Below, in pieces: positions 1-10,212 of a stretch of 64,000 bases of DNA. The stretch is taken from contig NC_042998.1 in NCBI RefSeq assembly GCF_006345805.1, positions 60,760,001 to 60,824,000 of the forward strand, given 5' to 3'. Below the pieces are notes generated by a model, which was not told where the DNA came from, did not search any database, and worked only from the letters and a program-made list of their open reading frames with translations. Source of the DNA: Octopus sinensis (Eukaryota). Made by a program: the position numbers and the translations under genes. Numbering within the stretch: position 1 is the first letter of the stretch; each line of letters begins with the position of its first letter.

Positions 1-275
1 CCGCCATCATAACAGCTGCCAGAAATATATTTTTACGTTTACTTCATGTTTTTGTATTCCACATTTTAAAGAAACTCATGTAAATCGCATTTTTAGAGAA
101 AAAAAAAAATCACCCCACTTTCTTTCATCGTACTTTTCAACATTAAATTTTCTTCCTCCGTCATTAGCATTTCTGATAGACTTGTAATTTGAATTAAAAA
201 AGCAAAAGATTTAATCCATGATGTTCAACTTTCTTATCCACTCACTTTCATCTCCCTTCATTTGTTACCATTTCA

Positions 276-687
276 GGATCTTTTCGGTTTGAACGGCAGT
301 TTTTTTCTAGCGGTGTCATATGAAATTGTCACCCATAATTATGACCCTAGTATCGATCTATAGCATTTCAATCTGTTTTTGGGTTAGGGGTGGGGGGAAG
401 GGTATCTTTTTTTCTTCAGAAATGTAAATAAACCCAATCTGTTTCTTAAACGAGGGACATATTTATACGGCACAGAATGTTTTCACCTCAATAGACGTCA
501 TTGATTGGTTGAAATTGCAGAAATTGAAAAAAAAGCAAAAAAAAAAAAAAAAACATATCTTACAAACTATAGAATTTTCTCAATAAAGCCAAGAGAAAAA
601 GATGTTTTATAAACACATTCTACCAGTATACGAAGTTTAAAAGTGGAAATTATTTAAAAAAAACTGCCGTTTAAATTGAAAAGATCC
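276..687. mobile_element. Non-autonomous DNA transposon (MITE), 412 bp, Merlin-like (GG...CC termini, 8-bp TSD)
   Basis: 31-bp terminal inverted repeats (TIRs) 276-306 and 657-687 match at 28/31 (GGATCTTTTCGGTTTGAACGGCAGTTTTTTT). Exact 8-bp direct repeat CCATTTCA at 268-275 and 688-695. No ORF. Superfamily call rests only on termini and TSD length. Confidence 0.8.
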
Positions 688-1197
688 CCATTTCATTCTT
701 GAAAAAAAGAAAATTCTTCAGAATACCATTTTTTAACATCTCTTCCTTTTTTCTCTTTCACAGTTTTGCCATCATGTTTATTTATTTTTTTACTCTCAAA
801 CCACATTTTTGTTTCACTCTTTATCATAGGTTATTTAGCTCTATCCTGCAACAACTCTTTTATATATAAAATATAAATTAAATGAATGCAAAACAAAAAT
901 TTAAGGTTTAACTCCCTTCAGTGTTTGTGTTGATGGCAAACTTAAGCAACTTTTTCCCATTAAAATGTTTCAACTTACGGACAAGAAAATAATAACCTAC
1001 CTCTACCCTGGAAAGAAACATTCATTTAGAAAACTAACAAAAAGAAATAGAAATCAATTTAATTCCCATTACATTCAATTTTACATAGCATTTTTTCATT
1101 TCCCACACAACAAAATTTTGGATCAGGTTTTCTTCACCTCCACAAGATATCAGTGGTCAGCTGCTGTTCTTCTGGTTATCATGTATGTGTGTGTATG

Positions 1198-1199
<2 letters not shown>

Positions 1200-1238
<39 letters not shown>
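1200..1238. repeat. (TA)n microsatellite
   Basis: Direct reading; abuts the SINE 3' end. Confidence 0.95.
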
Positions 1239-1241
<3 letters not shown>

Positions 1242-1537
1242 CGTGACTGACCAGGCTATCAAATGTTGCTACACATCGCTGGTCACAATGCACTTCGCAT
1301 TGTTTTAGCTTTCAAATGACACCAACCCGCTGGCTAAGCGAGCAGGCCAACAGAAAGAGTGAGAGAAAGTTGTAGAGAAAGAGTACAGCAGGGATTGCCA
1401 CCACCCTCTGCCGGAGCCTCGTGGAGCTTTAGGTGTTTTCGCTCAATAAACACTCACAACGCCCGGTCTGGGAATCGAAACCGCGATCCTACGACCGTAA
1501 GTCCGCTGCCCTAACCACTGGGCCATTGCTCCTCCAC
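1238..1537 (-). mobile_element. tRNA-derived SINE (young, CpG-rich copy)
   Basis: Minus strand starts GGAGGAGCAATGGCCCAGTGGTTAGGGCAGCGGACT...GGTTTCGATTCCCAGACC (A and B boxes), then a ~220-bp body, embedded in TA-rich repeats. Confidence 0.8.
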
Positions 1538-1604
1538 ATATATATATGTATATAAGCAATAATAAATCTCTGAGCAATGTATAAACAGTAGCTGCACGAC
1601 ATCA

Positions 1605-1797
1605 TGAAGTATATTTGCAACCTAAATGTGGCTAATCCTTAAGGGTTGATGCTACTATAGCTTGCAGCCCCAGAAAGACATCTGCCCCAGCTGGCTATTT
1701 ACACACTATCTGTGCCCTATCAGTATTTGCGAAGAGAAGTCATCATTGCCATCTCCAGCCTGACGTGATACATATGGACCCGAGTTTCTGGGTATTG
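1605..1797 (-). mobile_element. 5'-truncated inverted copy of the HHR-bearing repeat at 1861-2108
   Basis: Reverse complement aligns with 1918-2107 at roughly 85% identity (by eye). It keeps only the 3' half of the HHR (CCCA-GAAA-CUCGGG-UC-CAUAUG). Confidence 0.75.
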
Positions 1798-1860
1798 TTT
1801 GTTTCAACTTTTTTGAGATCAGTGACTTTTCGTCACTGGAAAAAGTATATATATATATAT

Positions 1861-2108
1861 TTGCATTGAGACTCACTTCCTATTGCCAACCGGTGGTTGT
1901 CACATGCTGATGATGGGTCAATATCCAGAAACTCTGGTCCGTGTGTATCACATCAAGCTGGAGATGGGAACGATGACTTCCCTTTGCAAATATTCATAGG
2001 GCGCAGATAGTGTGTTAATAGCCAACTGGAGATGTCTTCCTGGGGCTACAAGCTACAGTAGCATCAACCCTTAAGGGTAACCACATTTAGGTAGCAAATA
2101 TACTTCAC
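1861..2108 (+). mobile_element. ~250-bp non-coding HHR-bearing repeat (PLE pseudo-LTR or retrozyme-like)
   Basis: Flanked by (TA)n on both sides, contains a canonical hammerhead, and has an inverted sibling at 1605-1797. Confidence 0.7.
1901..1945 (+). ncRNA. Type I hammerhead ribozyme with intact catalytic core
   Basis: Stem I CACAUG(1901-06)/CGUGUG(1940-45). Core CUGAUGA 1907-13. Stem II UGGG/UCCA with loop UCAAUA. GAAA 1928-31. Stem III AC/GU with loop UCUG. Cleavage triplet GUC 1937-39. Confidence 0.85.
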
Positions 2109-2175
2109 ATTATATATATATGGAAAAAAAAGTCTAGGTAGAAAATGCTAAAATAATTTATAAAAAGCATTTCAG

Positions 2176-2227
2176 AAAAATATGGAACGCTTCACGAATT
2201 TGCTTGCCATCCTTGCACAAGGGCCAT
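2176..2227 (-). pseudogene. RNU6: 3' half of U6 snRNA (5'-truncated fragment)
   Basis: Minus strand ATGGCCCTTGTGCAAGGATGGCAAGCAAATTCGTGAAGCGTTCCATATTTTT matches the conserved U6 3' half at 48/52, compared from memory of the vertebrate U6 sequence, including the U-tract. The 5' stem-loop and ACAGAGA box are absent. Confidence 0.85.
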
Positions 2228-2250
2228 ATATATATAATATATATATATAT

Positions 2251-5200
2251 TTCAACAATTGAGGGCAAAATAATTAATTATTAATCAATTTCACCAAGTG
2301 TTCAGTATGCAAAGGACCATTCAAGGCTAATTCAAATTATTACATTATATAAAGGGCTAGTAAATAAATTACTTTGCCGCATACTGAACTCATTAGAAAT
2401 AGCAGCTAAAAAACTTTTTTCAGGCTATTTCTAATACTTAAAGAAAATCTCTCTCATATAAGTGTTTGCATAATTTAACTCACAAAAGTTTGGGGGTAAT
2501 GACATCGAAAAATCAAATGCTAAGGTTATTCGAGAACGTACGTTTCAAGATTAGTCAAAACAACATTTCTATCATCGGCTCGGAAATTCCTTGTTTGGAT
2601 TTGGAAACACTGAAAATAAGAACATACCCTCTCGAAGATCTGCTCCCAACTAACAGTTGTCAACAAATTCAAAATAAGCAAGCGAAGAATCTCTGTTCTC
2701 CTCCCCTTTCCACCAGCGTGGGTTAAAATCATCAACTCTATGCTTATTTCGGTAAAGTCCGAAGCATTAATCAGAGGGAGATTAATTATAATTTCAACAA
2801 CTGTGAGGGCAAAATTAATAATTATTAATCAATTTCACCAAGTGTTCAGTATGCAAAGGGACCATCAAGGCTAATTCAAATTATTACATTATATAAAAGG
2901 GCTTAGTAAAATAAATTACTTTGCCGCATACTGAACTCATTAGAAATAGCAGCTAAAAAACTTTTTTCAGGCTATTTCTAATACTTAAAGAAAATCTCTC
3001 TCATATATAGTGTTTGCATAATTTAACTCACAAAAGTTTGGGGGTAATGACATCGAAAAATCAAATGCTAAGGTTATTCGAGAACGTACGTTTCAAGATT
3101 AGTCAACAACATTTCTATCATCGGCTCGGAAATTCCTTGGTTTGGATTTGGAAACACTGAAAATAAGAACATACCCTCTCGAAGATCTGCTCCCAACTAA
3201 CAGTGTCAACAAATTCAAAATAAGCAAGCGAAGAATCTCTGTTCTCCCCTTTCCACCAGCGTGGGTTAAAAATCAAAAACTCTATGCTTATTTCGGTAAA
3301 GTCCGAAGCATTAATCAGAGGGAGATTAATTATAATTTCAACAATTGAGGGCAAAATTAATTAATTATTAATCAATTTCACCAAGTGTTCAGTATGCAAA
3401 GGGACCATTCAAGGCTAATTCAAATTATTACATTATATAAAAGGGCTTAGTAAAATAAATTACTTTGCCGCATACTGAACTCATTAGAAATAGCAGCTAA
3501 AAAACTTTTTTCAGGCTATTTCTAATACTTAAAGAAAATCTCTCTCATATATAGTGTTTGCATAATTTAACTCACAAAAGTTTGGGGGTAATGACATCGA
3601 AAAATCAAATGCTAAGGTTATTCGAGAACGTACGTTTCAAGATTAGTCAAAACAACATTTCTATCATCGGCTCGGAAATTCCTTGGTTTGGATTTGGAAA
3701 CACTGAAAATAAGAACATACCCTCTCGAAGATCTGCTCCCAACTAACAGTGCCAACAAATTCAAAATAAGCAAGCGAAGAATCTCTGTTCTCCCCTTTCC
3801 ACCAGCGTGGGTTAAAATCATCAAACTCTATGCTTATTTCGGTAAAGTCCGAAGCATTAATCAGAGGGAGATTAATTATAATTTCAACAATTGAGGGCAA
3901 AATTAATTAATTATTAATCAATTTCACCAAGTGTTCAGTATGCAAAGGACCATTCAAGGCTAATTCAAATTATTACATTATATAAAAGGGCTTAGTAAAA
4001 TAAATTACTTTGCCGCATACTGAACTCATTAGAAATAGCAGCTAAAAAACTTTTTTCAGGCTATTTCTAATACTTAAAGAAAATCTCTCTCATAATAGTG
4101 TTTGCATAATTTAACTCACAAAAGTTTGGGGGTAATGACATCGAAAAATCAAATGCTAAGGTTATTCGAGAACGTACGTTTCAAGATTAGTCAAAACAAC
4201 ATTTCTATCATCGGCTCGGAAATTCCTTGGTTTGGATTTGGAAACACTGAAAATAAGAACATACCCTCTCGAAGATCTGCTCCCAACTAACAGTGTCAAC
4301 AAATTCAAAATAAGCAAGCGAAGAATCTCTGTTCTCCCTCTCCCTTTCCACCAGCGTGGGTTAAAATCATCAAACTCTATGCTTATTTCGGTAAGTCCGA
4401 AGCATTAATCAGAGGGAGATTAATTATAATTTCAACAATTGAGGGCAAAATTAATTATTATTAAATTTATTTCACCAAGTGTTCAGTATGCAAAGGGACC
4501 ATTCAAGGCTAATTCAAATATTACATTATATAAAAGGGCTTAGTAAAATAAATTACTTTGCCGCATACTGAACTCATTAGAAATAGCAGCTAAAAAACTT
4601 TTTTCAGGCTATTTCTAATACTTAAAGAAAATCTCTCTCATCTATGTGTTTGCATAATTTAACTCACAAAAGTTTGGGGGTAATGACATCGAAAAATCAA
4701 ATGCTAAGGTTATTCGAGAACGTACGTTTCAAGAGTAGTCAAAACAACATTCATTTCTATCATCGGCTCGGAAATTCCTTGGTTTGGATTTGGAAACACT
4801 GAAAATAAGAACATACCCTCTCGAAGATCTGCTCCCAACTAACAGTGTCAACAAATTCAAAATAAGCAAGCGAAGAATCTCTGTTCTCCCCTTCCACCAG
4901 CGTGGGTTAAAATCATCAAACTCTATGCTTATTTCGGTAAAGTCCGAAGCATTAATCAGAGGGAGATTAATTATAATTTCAACAATTGAGGGCAAAATTA
5001 ATTATTATTAATCAATTTCACCAAGTGTTCAGTATGCAAAGGGACCATTCAAGGCTAATTCAAATTATTACATTATATAAAAGGGCTTAGTAAAATAAAT
5101 TACTTTGCCGCATACTGAACTCATTAGAAATAGCAGCTAAAAAACTTTTTTCAGGCTATTTCTAATACTTAAAGAAAATCTCTCTCATATATAGTGTTTG

Positions 5201-5372
5201 CATAATTTAACTCACAAAAGTTTGGGGGTAATGACATCGAAAAATCAAATGCTAAGGTTATTCGAGAACGTACGTTTCAAGATTAGTCAAAACAACATTT
5301 CTATCATCGGCTCGGAAATTCCTTGGTTTGGATTTGGAAACACTGAAAATAAGAAGATACCCTCTCGAAGAT
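2251..5372 (+). repeat. Tandem array of ~545-bp monomers, forward block (5 full units + 395 bp)
   Basis: TTCAACAA-phase starts at 2251, 2793, 3337, 3883, 4431, 4978 (periods 542-548). Units differ mostly by 1-3 nt indels. Confidence 0.95.
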
Positions 5373-7545
5373 GTAATAATTTGAATTAGCCTTGAATGGT
5401 CCCTTTGCATACTGAACACTTGGTGAAATTGATTAATAATTAATTAATTTTGCCCTCAATTGTTGAAATTATAATTAATCTCCCTCTGATTAATGCTTCG
5501 GACTTTACCGAAATAAGCATAGAGTTTGATGATTTTAACCCACGCTGGTGGAAAGGGGAGAACAGAGATTCTTCGCTTGCTTATTTTGAATTTGTTGACA
5601 CTGTTAGTTGGGAGCAGATCTTCGAGAGGGTATGTTCTTATTTTCAGTGTTTCCAAATCCAAACCAAGGAATTTCCGAGCCGATGATAGAAATGTTGTTT
5701 TGACTAATCTTGAAACGTACGTTCTCGAATAACCTTAGCATTTGATTTTTCGATGTCATTACCCCCAAACTTTTGTGAGTTAAATTATGCAAACACTATA
5801 TATGAGAGAGATTTTCTTTAAGTATTAGAAATAGCCTGAAAAAAGTTTTTTAGCTGCTATTTCTAATGAGTTCAGTATGCGGCAAAGTAATTTATTTTAC
5901 TAAGCCCTTTTATATAATGTAATAATTTGAATTAGCCTTGAATGGTCCCTTTGCATACTGAACACTTGGTGAATTGATTAATAATTAATTAATTTTGCCC
6001 TCAATTGTTGAAATTATAATTAATCTCCCTCTGATTAATGCTTTGGACTTTACCGAAATAAGCATAGAGTTTGATGATTTTAACCCACGCTGGTGGAAAG
6101 GGGAGAACAGAGATTCTTCGCTTGCTTATTTTGAATTTGTTGACACTGTTAGTTGGGAGCAGATCTTCGAGAGGGTATGTTCTTATTTTCAGTGTTTCCA
6201 AATCCAAACCAAGGAATTCCGAGCCGATGATAGAAATGTTGTTTTGACTAATCTTGAAACGTACGTTCTCGAATAACCTTAGCATTTGATTTTTCGATGT
6301 CATTACCCCCAAACTTTTGTGAGTTAAATTATGCAAACACTATATATGAGAGAGATTTTCTTTAAGTATTAGAAATAGCCTGAAAAAAGTTTTTTAGCTG
6401 CTATTTCTAATGAGTTCAGTATGCGGCAAAGTAATTTATTTTACTAAGCCCTTTTATATAATGTAATAATTTGAAAGCCTTGAATGGTCCCTTTGCATAC
6501 TGAACACTTGGTGAAATTGATTAATAATTAATTAATTTTGCCCTCAATTGTTGAAATTATAATTAATCTCCCTCTGATTAATGCTTCGGACTTTACCGAA
6601 ATAAGCATAGAGTTTGATGATTTTAACCCACGCTGGTGGAAAGGGGAGAACAGAGATTCTTCGCTTGCTTATTTTGAATTGTTGACACTGTTAGTTGGGA
6701 GCAGATCTTCGAGAGGGTATGTTCTTATTTTCAGTGTTTCCAAATCCAAACCAAGGAATTTCCGAGCCGATGATAGAAATGTGTTTTGACTAATCTTGAA
6801 ACGTACGTTCTCGAATAAACTTTAGCATTTGATTTTTCGATGTCATTACCCCCAAACTTTTGTGAGTTAAATTATGCAAACACTATATATGAGAGAGATT
6901 TTCTTTAAGTATTAGAAATAGCCTGAAAAAAGTTTTTTAGCTGCTATTTCTAATGAGTTCAGTATGCGGCAAAGTAATTTTTTACTAAGCCCTTTTATAT
7001 AATGTATAATTTGAATTAGCCTTGAATGGTCCCTTTGCATACTGAACACTTGGTGAAATTGATTAATAATTAATAATTTTGCCCTCAATTGTTGAAATTA
7101 TAATTAATCTCCCTCTGATTAATGCTTCGGACTTTACCGAAATAAGCATAGAGTTTGATGATTTTAACCCACGCGTGGTGGAAAGGGGAGAACAGAGATT
7201 CTTCGCTTGCTTATTTTGAATTTGTTGACACTGTTAGTTGGGAGCAGATCTTCGAGAGGGTATGTTCTTATTTTCAGTGTTTCCAAATCCAAACCAAGGA
7301 ATTTCCGAGCCGATGATAGAAATGTTGTTTTGACTAATCTTGAAACGTACGTTCTCGAATAACCTTAGCATTTGATTTTTCGATGTCATTACCCCCAAAC
7401 TTTTGTGAGTTAAATTATGCAAACACTATATATGAGAGAGATTTTCTTTAAGTATTAGAATAGCCTGAAAAAAGTTTTTTAGCTGCTATTTCTAATGAGT
7501 TCAGTATGCGGCAAAGTAATTTATTTTACTAAGCCCTTTTATATA

Positions 7546-7547
<2 letters not shown>
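5371..7547 (-). repeat. Same ~545-bp monomer, inverted block of exactly 4 units
   Basis: ATGTA-phase starts at 5371, 5917, 6461, 7002; the block ends at the same phase (AT 7546-47) and runs into (TA)n. Confidence 0.95.
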
Positions 7548-7580
<33 letters not shown>

Positions 7581-7582
7581 AT
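7541..7582. repeat. (TA)n microsatellite bounding the array
   Basis: Direct reading. Confidence 0.9.
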
Positions 7583-8299
7583 AATTGTTTAACATCTGTT
7601 TTCTATGCTGGCACGGGTTGGATAGTTTGATAGGAGCTAGTCAGCTGGGTGTGGGGGCTGTCCAGATCTCAGTTGTCTGTTGTGGCATGGTTTCTATGGC
7701 TAGATGCCCTTCCTAACACAAACTACTATACAGAGTGTGTTGGTTGCATTTTGCATGTGTGTATGTATAATTGCTTTAATGTTCACTTTTCCATGCTCAC
7801 ATGAGTTGGACTGAATTCGTTGAGGCAGATTTCCACATGCTGGATGCCCTTCCTATTGTCAACCCCTAAGTAAGTTGACTTTGTTTTCTGAGGAAGTGTA
7901 CCTTTGTCTAAATCTCCTAACATGGGTGTAAATGAGCATCACTGTCACACAAGTGATGTTGCTTGTTTCCAGTTTTCTGTGAAAAATATGTCTGACAATG
8001 GGACACATGTGAGTGTTGGTGACAGAAAGGGCAGTTAGCCACAGAAAAGCAGCCCTAACAAATTCTGTCTGATGCAAGCATGGAAAGTGGTAATTAAATG
8101 ATGCTGAATCCTCAAAAACATTCTTCCAGACTATATCAAGAAATTTGTTTTTGGTACCCAACTTCACCTCCAGTGCAATGGGAATATTAACCTCTTTGAC
8201 ACTAGGAACATTTACTGTTGATAATGTTTACTATTGCTTTGCTGCAAAAGTTTCACTCTAACCTTGTGTTATGAGCTTCTCTAAATTTTTTCTTCTCAC

Positions 8300-8750
8300 T
8301 CAATTGGGATTGGATGTTCCACAATGTTTTTAGGCTGCTGTTCATAAACAGGCTAACATATCTTTCAGGGTTTGTCACCAAAGGTCATTATGAAGGTAGA
8401 TATAAAGAAGGTATTGAATTTTGTCAGATGTGTCGTCATTTTGAGCCATGCTGCCAACTAACTTCCATCACTGTATCAATTGCTCTGATGACAATAATAT
8501 TTCCTCTAAATATGGTATACAAAAGAGTGTAAGCCCTTTCATTTGCTATCATTTCATGGTTTCGAAATAGTTTAAGCTTTCCTTGCATGTTATACTGTCT
8601 GCACACTAGGTGCATTAAATGTGTGTCCCTTTGATGTGTAATGATTGTGTCTTTGTGCTGTTGAAAGAGATTAAGGTCAATAGGTGTTGATAGGTTTGAT
8701 GTCAGGAGATAATACAGAATCAATATTTATAGAAAGATGCAATAATGCAT
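8300..8750 (-). mobile_element. Highly degenerate CR1/L2-type LINE RT remnant
   Basis: Frameshifted minus-strand pieces RQYNMQGKLKLFRNH, VSWQHGSK and LLYIYLHNDL resemble KLxxYGIxG, GVPQGS and LLFLIYINDL. Confidence 0.35.
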
Positions 8751-9859
8751 AATTGTCACAAACAGTCACATTAACATGAAACAATTGGTGATGAACTGTT
8801 AGTGCTAATGTTGCTATTTCTGTTCCTTGGGAGAATACATTTATAAAATGGTACAGGCTAAACTATTCCATTATATTCATTATAATTTTGCAATCCCATT
8901 CAATTCATATTCTGTAAATCCACTTTAAAATCCCAGTTGGTATATCCATATATTAAAACTGAAATAATCCTTCATTCCCCACACCACTCAGTATACAAAT
9001 TAGAATTTGAATTGTTTCAAGACTAGGCTAAAAAACTTGGTTTATATAGATGTTTAGTTTTGATGATTGTAAAAACATTTTTTCTTAATACTCCCAAATT
9101 TGCTTTATTTAGGCTATATTATGTTTAAATTAATTGTCATCGTTAAACGTCTGTTTTCCATGCTAGCATGGGTTGGATGGTTTGACAGGGGTCTGGGAAG
9201 CCAGGAGGCTGTACCAGGCTCCAAATCACTCAAATTACCTCTAATTTTGTGAAATTATTAAGTGATTTCTGGTATTGTTTGCATAAAGTACTGAAGCATG
9301 GTAACCAACTACCAAAGATATTTAAAAGTTTCCATTAATATTTTATTATTTATCTTTGGCCAGTAGCCATGACCTCCACTCATAGCTAGGATATAAATAT
9401 AAATTATTTTGTTGATAAATCTCTGAGACATCATATTATTTACATTATTAAAATCGTATTACTAAGACTGGGTTTTGTTTCAAGGCTAGTAAATACTTCT
9501 ATTTGTGCTGAACAGCTATCAAATGATTACAGTAGAGTGCTATTAGTATCTGGGATGTTGCTGCACACATATATCCATACATGCATGCATTCTTCATTAT
9601 GTCAAAGGAAACCATTGCCATTTGACTAATATTTAGCCATTTGCTTATCATTCAACTGTCCTTTGCAAAGTTGTTTGGCTAAAGTAGTTCACTTTGCAAC
9701 TGCATGGTCCCAGGTTAAATTTCCCTGTGTGACACTTGGAGCAAGTAACTTCCTCATAGACTTGAGCCAGCCAAAATCTTGTGAGTGTAATTTAGTTGTT
9801 GGGAGTTGTGCTGCAGAAGTCTGTCAGATGTATGCATGTATGTATATATAGAAAGAGTT

Positions 9860-10212
9860 TGTGTGTGCCATGCTTGAGAGGACCTGCCAAGCAAAAGCAC
9901 CTTTCAAGTATTGGGCCTCACAGGGGCAATGACAAATGACTGAGACCTTTGGCAATATGTTGTGCTTGAGAAGACCCATCAAGCTAAGTAAAATCATAGT
10001 CATGGCACATATTGGTGTCACACAACTGGCACCTATGCCAGTAATATGTAAAAGCACCCATTACACTCTGAGTGGTTGGTGTTAGGAAGGGCATCCAGCC
10101 ATAGAAACAATGCTAAATCAGACTGGAGTCTGGCACAGCCTTTCAGTTTACCAGGCCTTGTTAAACCGTCCAACCTATGCCAGCATGAGCAACAGAGATT
10201 AAATGATGATGA
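9860..10212 (+). mobile_element. RTE-LINE 3' tail / derived SINE-like repeat
   Basis: Shares the ACTCTGAGTGGTTGG...GGAAGGGCATCCAGC...CCAACC(C)ATGCCAGCATG-(GAT)n end with the RTE copies at 44.3 and 55.8 kb. About 20 further fragments are scattered through the window. Confidence 0.6.

Noticed and set aside
5671-5730. Hammerhead look-alike in the array monomer (CCGAUGA...GAAAC-GUA)
   Set aside because: U4 is C, the 10.1-11.1 pair is U-U, and stem I has only one pair next to the core; not supportable without an assay.
2466-7422. Recurrent 62-111 aa ORFs (MHNLTHK..., MDLETLK..., MPSIVEI...) in the array
   Set aside because: They recur only because the monomer repeats, overlap on both strands, shift frame between units and match no motif I recognise.
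2251-7547. CRISPR-like or phage-like interpretation of the array
   Set aside because: Units are wholly repeated with no unique spacers; eukaryotic context; no cas genes.
8361-8402. Exon-like segment with AG/GT borders
   Set aside because: It lies within a minus-strand LINE RT remnant and cannot be linked to the exon chain.
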